The notes beneath the pieces are model-generated. The model was not told the DNA's origin and searched no databases. It saw only the letters and a list, made by a program, of their open reading frames with translations. Shown piece after piece: positions 26,185 through 32,476 of a stretch of DNA of 32,476 nt. The position numbers were made by a program, and so were the translations under genes. The stretch spans positions 1-32,476 of the forward strand of contig VBLR01000115.1 of the NCBI GenBank assembly GCA_005878665.1. Reading direction: 5' to 3'. The DNA comes from Methanobacteriota archaeon (GTDB lineage: Archaea; Thermoplasmatota; Thermoplasmata; RBG-16-68-12). Position 1 is the first letter of the stretch. Each line of letters starts with the position of its first letter.

Positions 26185-27090
26185 TCACTCGAGATCGGCT
26201 TGCGGTTGGGTCTTCCGCCCGAAGAGGGCCCGCCACGCCCGGCGCAAGGGCTCCGAGACGGCGGTGATTTTCCCCGACCGGATTCCCAAATAGACCAGGC
26301 CGACCACGATCCAGTAGGCGACATACGCCGAACTCTCCAGGAGGGTCGGCGCCGCACTGTAGCCCACGATGCCACGCAGCAGATACCCCGCAACATTCGA
26401 CGCGTCGTCGGGAAAGGACCTCGTCAAGTCATAGAGCGTCGCTGAGCCGAGGCTCCAGTTGATCGCTTCTCGCAGTTCATGGACCGCGTGAGCGAAGAGG
26501 CCCGCCGCGATGACGACAAGGAAAACGCTCGTGACCTGAAAGAAGCGCTTCAGATCGATCCGCCAGGACACACGGATCAGGCCGATCCCAATAATCGCCG
26601 CCACCAGCAACCCCACGGCCACCCCGATGATTGCCTCGAGGGGCGATGTGAGCCTTCCCGCGCCGAACACGAACAGCGCCGTCTCGACTCCCTCCCGCAA
26701 GATCACGACGAAAGATAACAACACGAGTCCGAAGGCCTGCTGTCCGCGAAGCGCCGCATCGATCCGCTGCTGGACGTGGACTTTGATGCTACGAGACGCT
26801 TTCATCATCCAGAGGACCATCGAGGTCAGGACCGCGACGGCAACGAGCATCGCGACCCCTTCGAAGACCTGTTCCCCAAATCCCTCGAACTCGATTGTCA
26901 TGAGGACCAAGACAGCCGCAACGCCGGCGCTGACCCCCATCGCTCCTGCGGTCCCCAGGTAGACGTAGCGGTTCAGCGAGCCGCGCCCGATTTTCACCAG
27001 GTATCCGAGGATGATTCCGATGATTAGCGCGGCTTCAATGCCCTCCCGAAGCCCGATGATCAGGTTCGGAATGATCCCAACGGCGGCCAC
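26185..27090 (-). CDS. FTR1/EfeU family iron permease
   Basis: Two REGxE motifs (LREGIEA, LREGVET), about seven hydrophobic segments, IDLKRFFQVTS and VHELRE. The GTG start is bounded by an in-frame TGA two codons upstream. Confidence 0.92.
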   Translation of the reverse strand: MAAVGIIPNLIIGLREGIEAALIIGIILGYLVKIGRGSLNRYVYLGTAGAMGVSAGVAAVLVLMTIEFEGFGEQVFEGVAMLVAVAVLTSMVLWMMKASRSIKVHVQQRIDAALRGQQAFGLVLLSFVVILREGVETALFVFGAGRLTSPLEAIIGVAVGLLVAAIIGIGLIRVSWRIDLKRFFQVTSVFLVVIAAGLFAHAVHELREAINWSLGSATLYDLTRSFPDDASNVAGYLLRGIVGYSAAPTLLESSAYVAYWIVVGLVYLGIRSGKITAVSEPLRRAWRALFGRKTQPQADLE

Positions 27091-27161
27091 GAGTCACGTC
27101 TCCGAGTCACATCTCCGAATCCCGATCGACACAGCGCGCGGTATCGCGTCGATAACGGCGT

Positions 27162-27177
27162 AATATTTGAGCTTTCG
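27162..27177 (-). promoter_or_regulatory. Putative BRE/TATA promoter of the FTR1 gene
   Basis: The minus strand reads CGAAAGCTCAAATATT, about 70 nt upstream of the start codon. Confidence 0.45.
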
Positions 27178-27240
27178 GTCAATGGAATCTGGGGACGAAC
27201 AAAGGCAACGAAACGCGCGATCCGTCCGGTGGGGACGCCA

Positions 27241-28065
27241 TCAAGCCCCGTCGTTCATCGATCCGCTGCGGTATCCGAGAAGATCGATCGTGACGTACAG
27301 GAATCCGGCATCGCGGACCGCGCGGGCGACCTTTTCGGCGGTCTCGGGGGCGACGATACGCGGGATATCCGCTCGCGGCACCTCGATCCGGGCGACCCTA
27401 TCGTGGGCCCGCACGCGCACGACTCGGAAGCCTAGCGCCCGGATCGCTCCCTCCGCTGCCTCGACACGTTGTAGCTTTTCCACCGTGATCACCTCGCCGT
27501 ACGCTATCCGAGAGGACAGACAGGCGTTGCTCGGTTTGTCGAAGAAGCTCAGGTGAAGTTCTCGAGCGAGCGCACGCACGTCGGCCTTCGCAAACCCGAA
27601 TTCGACCAACGGATGCCAGAAGCCCGCCTCGTTCATCGCTTGGATTCCTGGGCGGTGGTCGCCCAAGTCCGAGACGTTCACGCCGTCTGCAATCGCATGG
27701 AACCCCCGTTCGGCCGCCAACGGCTTCAACGCTGCACCAAGCTCCTGGCGACAGAAATAGCATCGGTTCGTCGGGTTCGCAACGTACCGATCGTTCGCGA
27801 GCTCGGAGACGCGGATTGTCTCGAGGCGAATTCCAATCTCCGCGGCTTCTGAAACGGCCTCGGCGAGTTCCCAGCGCGCGAGGGATTCCGCATCCGCGAG
27901 GACCGCGACGGCGTTGTCCCCGAGCGCGTCGTGGGCCACGCGGGCGACGAGACCGCTGTCGACTCCTCCGGAGAAGGCGACGAGCACCCGCCCACGGGCG
28001 CGCATCGCGGCGGCCATGCGATCGTGCGCCTCCCGAATGTCGAACGGGCGAGTCGTGGCCTCCAT
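27241..28065 (-). CDS. larE: LarE-family ATP-dependent sulfur insertase (PP-loop)
   Basis: VAFSGGVDS PP-loop, NRCYFCR, DGVNVSDLGDHRPG, KPSNACLSSRIAYG and RVRAH. Start ATG 28065 gives 274 aa (alternative 28086). The ORF-track extension to 28356 overlaps the divergent gene. Confidence 0.9.
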   Translation of the reverse strand: MEATTRPFDIREAHDRMAAAMRARGRVLVAFSGGVDSGLVARVAHDALGDNAVAVLADAESLARWELAEAVSEAAEIGIRLETIRVSELANDRYVANPTNRCYFCRQELGAALKPLAAERGFHAIADGVNVSDLGDHRPGIQAMNEAGFWHPLVEFGFAKADVRALARELHLSFFDKPSNACLSSRIAYGEVITVEKLQRVEAAEGAIRALGFRVVRVRAHDRVARIEVPRADIPRIVAPETAEKVARAVRDAGFLYVTIDLLGYRSGSMNDGA

Positions 28066-28142
28066 TATCTCTGTCGAATGCGACATCGCGGATAAAGCCA
28101 TCGCGGGACAAAGCGTAAGGGCCCAGCCGAGATGACCGCGGC

Positions 28143-29360
28143 GTGCGCCCCGCATTCCTCGAATGCTCCGCGTGTTCGAAGCACCATCCGATCCGGTTGC
28201 TGAACACCTGCGATTGCGGATCCCCGCTGTTCGCCCGATACGATTGGAAGGACATCCGGACCGACGACTTGTTGTCGAGGAAAGATCTCTGGCGCTACGC
28301 GCCGCTCCTCCCGCTGGAGCCCGAGGAAATTCGATCGCGCGGCGAGGGAGGAACACCCATCCACCGACTCGAACGCATCGGTTCCGGAGGCCGCGTCGCG
28401 CGCCTGAAGGTCGACGCCCTCTACGTCAAAGATGAAGGACTCAACCCGACCGGGACGTTCAAAGCGCGCGGCATGGCGGTCGCGGTCCCGATGGCGTGTG
28501 CCCTCGGAGCGACGACTCTTGCCGTCCCGACCGCGGGGAATGCCGGAGCCGCGTTGGCGGCATATGCCGCGACATATGGAGCGTCCGCGGTCGTGATCAT
28601 GGCAAGCGATGGTCCTCCGCATCAGGCCCTCGACGCATCCGCATACGGGGCGCAGGTGTTCCGGGTCGACGAAGGCATCGCGGACGCGGGGCGGATCGTG
28701 AGCGAGCTCTCGACCACGACGGAGCTGTTCAGCGTCGCGACGTTGCGGGAACCCTACCGCATCGAGGGGAAGAAGACGTTGCTCTTGGAGATCTGGGAGG
28801 CCCTTGGCGGGATGCCGGACTGGATCCTTTTCCCGACCGGAGGTGGGACCGGAATCGTCGGGATGTGGAAGGCGCTCCACGAACTGCGCGAGCTCGGTTG
28901 GTACGAGGGCATCTGGCCGCGCTTCGGGGTCGTTCAGGCCGAAGGTTGCGCGCCGCTCGTGAGAGCCTGGAAAGAGGGCCGGGAAAAGGCGGAGCCCTGG
29001 GCGATGCCGAGGACCGAGGCGGCGGGACTTCGCGTCCCCGCGACCCTCGCCGACCGGATCGTCCTCCGGGCGATTCGCGAGACCCGCGGCGCGGCCGTCG
29101 CAGTCTCCGACGCGTCGATGAAAGTCGCGGCATTGAATCTCGCGGTCCTCGAAGGAATCAGCGCGTGCCTCGAGGGCGCGGCCACCCTCGCCGGCCTCCG
29201 GCGCTTCTTCGACGAAGGCTTCATCACCCGTGAGGACCGGGTCGTGTTGGTGAACACCGGGGCGTCGGACGGCCGCACGGTCGCCGAGCTGAACGTCCCC
29301 GAGGTGAAAACGGCGGAACAGGTCCGCGAGTACCTCGGGCTCACGTCGCGTGCTTCTTGA
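28143..29360 (+). CDS. thrC: Threonine synthase (PLP fold type II) with N-terminal Cys cluster
   Basis: CSAC...CDCG, LWRYAPLLP, GEGGTP, KDEGLNPTGTFKARG (PLP Lys), TAGNAG, EPYRIEGKKT, FPTGGGTG and VQAEGCAPLV. Confidence 0.85.
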   Translation: MRPAFLECSACSKHHPIRLLNTCDCGSPLFARYDWKDIRTDDLLSRKDLWRYAPLLPLEPEEIRSRGEGGTPIHRLERIGSGGRVARLKVDALYVKDEGLNPTGTFKARGMAVAVPMACALGATTLAVPTAGNAGAALAAYAATYGASAVVIMASDGPPHQALDASAYGAQVFRVDEGIADAGRIVSELSTTTELFSVATLREPYRIEGKKTLLLEIWEALGGMPDWILFPTGGGTGIVGMWKALHELRELGWYEGIWPRFGVVQAEGCAPLVRAWKEGREKAEPWAMPRTEAAGLRVPATLADRIVLRAIRETRGAAVAVSDASMKVAALNLAVLEGISACLEGAATLAGLRRFFDEGFITREDRVVLVNTGASDGRTVAELNVPEVKTAEQVREYLGLTSRAS

Positions 29361-29817
29361 CCTCGTCGAGGATCTTCCGGTGGTCCGGCGGAACCTTTGG
29401 ATCCTCGGTCACCCACTTGTATTGAATGATCCCGTTCGCGTCCAGCACGAAGACGGAGCGTTTCGTCACGCCTTGAAGCCCGAAACTGCCGAAGTGCTCG
29501 TAGAGCACGCCGTACGCCGTGCTGACCGTCTTGTTCCAGTCGCTGAGCAACGGATAATTGAGCTGGTTCTGTTGTTTGAAGACCCGATGGCTGTGATGAC
29601 TGTCCGTGCTGATCCCGAACACCTTCGCGCCCCACTTCTGGAGGTCTCCCATCGAATCGCGCATCGCGCAGAGCTGGCCCTGGCACACGTTCGTGAAGTC
29701 CCAGACGTAGAACGACAAGACGACCGGGCCTCCGCCGAGTTCCTTCGAGAGGGTGACGGGCTTTCCTTCGTCGCTCAGCACCGTGAAATCCGGCGCCTTC
29801 TGGCCGACATCCACCAT
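29341..29817 (-). CDS. Peroxiredoxin (AhpE/BCP-like, AhpC/TSA family)
   Basis: VGQKAPDF, FYVWDFTNVCQGQLC, GISTDS, LNYPLLSDWN and RSVFVLDANG. Start ATG 29817. The 3' end overlaps convergent thrC by 20 nt. Confidence 0.88.
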   Translation of the reverse strand: MVDVGQKAPDFTVLSDEGKPVTLSKELGGGPVVLSFYVWDFTNVCQGQLCAMRDSMGDLQKWGAKVFGISTDSHHSHRVFKQQNQLNYPLLSDWNKTVSTAYGVLYEHFGSFGLQGVTKRSVFVLDANGIIQYKWVTEDPKVPPDHRKILDEVKKHAT

Positions 29818-30002
29818 CCGGCTCCCCGGCCGTCGAGAGGCGGGCCCGACATAACCCTTTCGCTTTCGGCACTCCACGAAGTCCGCGGGCGGCGGAACGG
29901 AATGTATATCTAACGGTTGGGACACATTAAGGGCCTCGCCTGTCCAGAGGCATTGCTGAACCGGACTGAACACATCGCTCGGGAGAGAGGTTGGGGGAAC
30001 GA

Positions 30003-31577
30003 ATGGCGAAGTATGTGCTCGCCGCCGACTACACGCTCATGACGGACTACCGAAACGTCCCGCTGGCCACATTCTTCAGCTGCATTCCGACAGATTATTG
30101 GCACTCTCGCCTCGTGTTCCGCATCCTCGCGGACCCGCCGAAGCTCGATGCGGAGGGCCGGCCGATCCGAGTGCCATACGGTCTCCGGAAAGTCGAGGCA
30201 TCCCTCGTCCGCGCGTATGGACGCGATGACGTCGTCATCGCCGACCCTCGGACCGTGGACCGCTATATCGATGACGAAACGGAGGTCGTGGGACTCCACT
30301 CGATGGATCCGCTTGGCCTCGGTCCCGTCAGCATGTCCTTCACCATGGGCGGGGTCCTCACGCCGTACACGAAGGCGATGTTCCTCGAGCTCGTCCAGCG
30401 TGTCCAGCGACCCAATCGGAAATACAAGGTCGTCCTCGGCGGGCCCGGCGCCTGGCATTTCGATTACCGCCAGGAAATGCAGGAATCTCTCGGAATCGAC
30501 CACATCGTCCACGGCGAGGTCGACCATCTCGTCCCGGAGATTTTCGACCGGATCGTAAACGACCACGCTCCCCCGGTCATGCGCTTCACGAACGCGACCG
30601 CCCCGACCGTCGACCAGATCCCGAAAATCTTGGGTCCGACGATGCACGCGATGAACGAGGTCATGCGAGGATGCGGCCGCGGCTGCGAGTTCTGCGAGGT
30701 CACTCTGCGCCGGCCTCGATACTTCCCGCTCGATTACATCGGCGACGAGATCGCCGTGAACACGAAGGTCGGCCAGTCGTCGATTCAGCTGCACTCGGAC
30801 GACATCTTCCTGTACAACCTGGAGAACTGGAAGACGATGGAGCCGAACGAGGACGCGGTGAAAGATCTGTTCCGCTACGTCATGGCCCAACCCGGGGTCT
30901 CCCATTGCTATCCGACGCACGGGACCCTCAGCGCGGCGGTCACGAACCCGGGGCTGATCCAGGACATTTCGGAGATCGTTCGCGCCGGCCCGGGCAAGTG
31001 GGTTGGCATCCAGAGCGGAATCGAGACGGGGAGTCCGGCGCTCTCCCGAGCCGTCTTGCACCGGAAGGCCGCTCCGTTCACGGCCGAGGAATGGCCGGAC
31101 ATCGTCGTGCAGGGCACGCAGATCCTAAACCGCAATTACTGGTATCCCGCCTTCACCATCATCCTCGGTCTGCCGGGCGAGACTCCGGAGGATGCGTGGA
31201 TGACGGTGGACCTCATCGACCGGATGGAGCAGATCCCGGATGGCCACTTCATCACCGCGCCGCTCACGTTCGTTCCGATCGGCGTGCTGCGAGGCGAGGA
31301 GTTCTACAACATCGATGAGATGATCGACGAGTCGCGGTTCAACGTCGCCTACCGCGCGTGGCGCCACGTCCTCCTGGAAATCGACGAAGACTTGTGGCAT
31401 CTCACGCGGCTCCCAGCGCCGACGAGAGCGCTGGTTGTCGCGACCGCACGAATCGGCGGCCGGTACATCCTCGGAATCATGCACCGATATGCGAGGCGAA
31501 TGGGCTTCCGAATCCGAGCTCCGGCGAAGACGCGCCGGCAGGCGGAAGGACACACCCTCAGCTTCCCGGCCGGCTGA
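30003..31577 (+). CDS. B12-binding-like radical SAM protein, probable GDGT ring synthase (Grs) family
   Basis: CxxxCxxC in EVMRGCGRGCEFCEVT. Also PYGLRKVEA, MDPLGLGP, VVLGGPGAW, IDHIVHGE, LHSDD, GIETGS and ILGLPGET. Start ATG 30003. Radical SAM is certain; the Grs assignment is from recalled motifs. Confidence 0.8.
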   Translation: MAKYVLAADYTLMTDYRNVPLATFFSCIPTDYWHSRLVFRILADPPKLDAEGRPIRVPYGLRKVEASLVRAYGRDDVVIADPRTVDRYIDDETEVVGLHSMDPLGLGPVSMSFTMGGVLTPYTKAMFLELVQRVQRPNRKYKVVLGGPGAWHFDYRQEMQESLGIDHIVHGEVDHLVPEIFDRIVNDHAPPVMRFTNATAPTVDQIPKILGPTMHAMNEVMRGCGRGCEFCEVTLRRPRYFPLDYIGDEIAVNTKVGQSSIQLHSDDIFLYNLENWKTMEPNEDAVKDLFRYVMAQPGVSHCYPTHGTLSAAVTNPGLIQDISEIVRAGPGKWVGIQSGIETGSPALSRAVLHRKAAPFTAEEWPDIVVQGTQILNRNYWYPAFTIILGLPGETPEDAWMTVDLIDRMEQIPDGHFITAPLTFVPIGVLRGEEFYNIDEMIDESRFNVAYRAWRHVLLEIDEDLWHLTRLPAPTRALVVATARIGGRYILGIMHRYARRMGFRIRAPAKTRRQAEGHTLSFPAG

Positions 31578-31580
31578 AGC

Positions 31581-31826
31581 TCAGCTCCCGTTCGTGACCC
31601 AGGCCCGATATTGCTTCGCCTTCGCCTCGGCGCCTTCCTCTCCCATGATCGAAGGGAGGGTCCGCTCTCGCAAGAGATCGACGATCTTCTCGAGATCGCC
31701 TTCCGTCAAGCTCGAGAGATCCGCGCGGACGTCGCGAAGCCTCTTGCGGAGCATCGCGAGGGCCATGTCTCCCCAGATAGCCCGCATGTCGGCCTCGATG
31801 AGATCGTACGCCGCCTGTGCACCCAC
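31581..31826 (-). CDS. Small alpha-helical hypothetical protein (81 aa)
   Basis: Natural-looking amphipathic helical sequence (YDLIEADMRAIWGDMALAMLRKRL...LPSIMGEEGA). It fills the gap between the converging radical SAM stop and the upstream membrane gene, 4 nt away. Confidence 0.7.
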   Translation of the reverse strand: MGAQAAYDLIEADMRAIWGDMALAMLRKRLRDVRADLSSLTEGDLEKIVDLLRERTLPSIMGEEGAEAKAKQYRAWVTNGS

Positions 31827-31830
31827 GGTC

Positions 31831-32124
31831 TCACGCTTCGGCCGGCATCTGATGGGCGCTGAGCCACGCGCTGTATCCGATGTAAAATAGGACGACGAGG
31901 GCGAGGACCAGGAAGGCGTCGGGCAGGATCGTGTCCGCGAGGAGGATCCGGAACCCCGCGCTCAGGCTGAGCGCAATCCCCACCGCGGCGAGGCCGACGC
32001 TCAAACGGTACAAGAGGCCGCCGCGCATCATCCGGACGCCCCGGTGCGCGAGGAGGAACCCGCCCAAGACTCCGCAGGAGATACTCAAGACGAGTACGAT
32101 GAACTGCTCCGCGGAGACGGCCAT
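31831..32124 (-). CDS. Small membrane protein with 3 predicted TM helices
   Basis: 97 aa with three hydrophobic stretches. GAGAGGG SD-like sequence and a CTTAAG TATA-like element near 32160. Confidence 0.72.
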   Translation of the reverse strand: MAVSAEQFIVLVLSISCGVLGGFLLAHRGVRMMRGGLLYRLSVGLAAVGIALSLSAGFRILLADTILPDAFLVLALVVLFYIGYSAWLSAHQMPAEA

Positions 32125-32198
32125 CGAACCGACCCTCTCTTCGATGCGGACCGATGCGCCTTAAGTCTACGCCCTCTAGATTCAGGGTTGAGAATAAT

Positions 32199-32476
32199 TC
32201 AGCCCTCGAGTCGAGCGGTGACAGACTGGCCCCCGACTTGGCGGAAGTCCATCGACCGGTAGAGGGCGATGGCGGGTTCGTTTCCGATCGTGACGTACAG
32301 GGCGAGCCGCGGCTCTTCGCGACCCGCGAGCCGCCCCATCGCGGCCTGGAGCAACGCTCGCCCAAACCCACGGCCGCGGCGGTCCTTCGCCACACCGAGC
32401 TCCGCGACGAGCGGCGTGCCCATCCAGTGCGTGATCAGGATCGCGCCCACGATTCGGTCGCCCTCCAACGCGACAT
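32199..32476 (-). CDS. GNAT family N-acetyltransferase (5'-truncated by the window edge)
   Basis: Acetyl-CoA motif LGVAKDRRGRGFGRALL and LYVTIGNEPAIALYRSMDF. The frame stays open to the window end. Confidence 0.85.
   Translation of the reverse strand, partial: VALEGDRIVGAILITHWMGTPLVAELGVAKDRRGRGFGRALLQAAMGRLAGREEPRLALYVTIGNEPAIALYRSMDFRQVGGQSVTARLEG

Noticed and set aside
24343-31577. A single sulfur/iron operon spanning the lyase, ferredoxin, FTR1, LarE, ThrC, peroxiredoxin and radical SAM genes
   Set aside because: Orientation alternates almost gene by gene with separate promoter-like elements, and the families have unrelated housekeeping roles.
1-32476. CRISPR arrays, tRNA/rRNA genes, transposases or integrases
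   Set aside because: I saw no regularly spaced nucleotide repeats, cloverleaf or T-loop signatures, or recombinase motifs. Intergenic gaps are short and the composition looks uniform.

Overview
High-GC archaeal chromosomal window, most consistent with a Thermoplasmata lineage (Thermoplasma-type zinc ferredoxin, GGTGA/GGAGG Shine-Dalgarno sites, BRE/TATA-like promoters). It holds about 16 protein genes. I found no rRNA, tRNA, CRISPR array or mobile element. In order: a 3'-truncated ARC/Mpa-type proteasomal AAA ATPase missed by the ORF track; a 1434-aa surface protein (Gly-rich beta-helix, FN3/Ig repeats, TM helix, cytoplasmic longin-like domain); an ADP-forming acyl-CoA synthetase; VOC and ACT proteins; a two-gene pair of a ~450-aa soluble coiled-coil protein and a ~4400-aa single-pass membrane giant; a Cys/Met PLP lyase; zinc ferredoxin; FTR1 iron permease; LarE; threonine synthase; peroxiredoxin; a probable GDGT-ring-synthase-family radical SAM enzyme; two small hypothetical proteins; and a truncated GNAT. 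The most notable observation is the pair at 9345-24297. The soluble protein is a miniature paralogue of the giant's cytoplasmic tail, sharing a longin-like domain and a twice-occurring C-terminal coiled-coil motif. Both genes follow an identical GATAACCA-N10-CTTAAATA element. This suggests a co-regulated adhesin-to-cytoplasmic-filament system. All family calls are by eye from motifs; no database searches were run.
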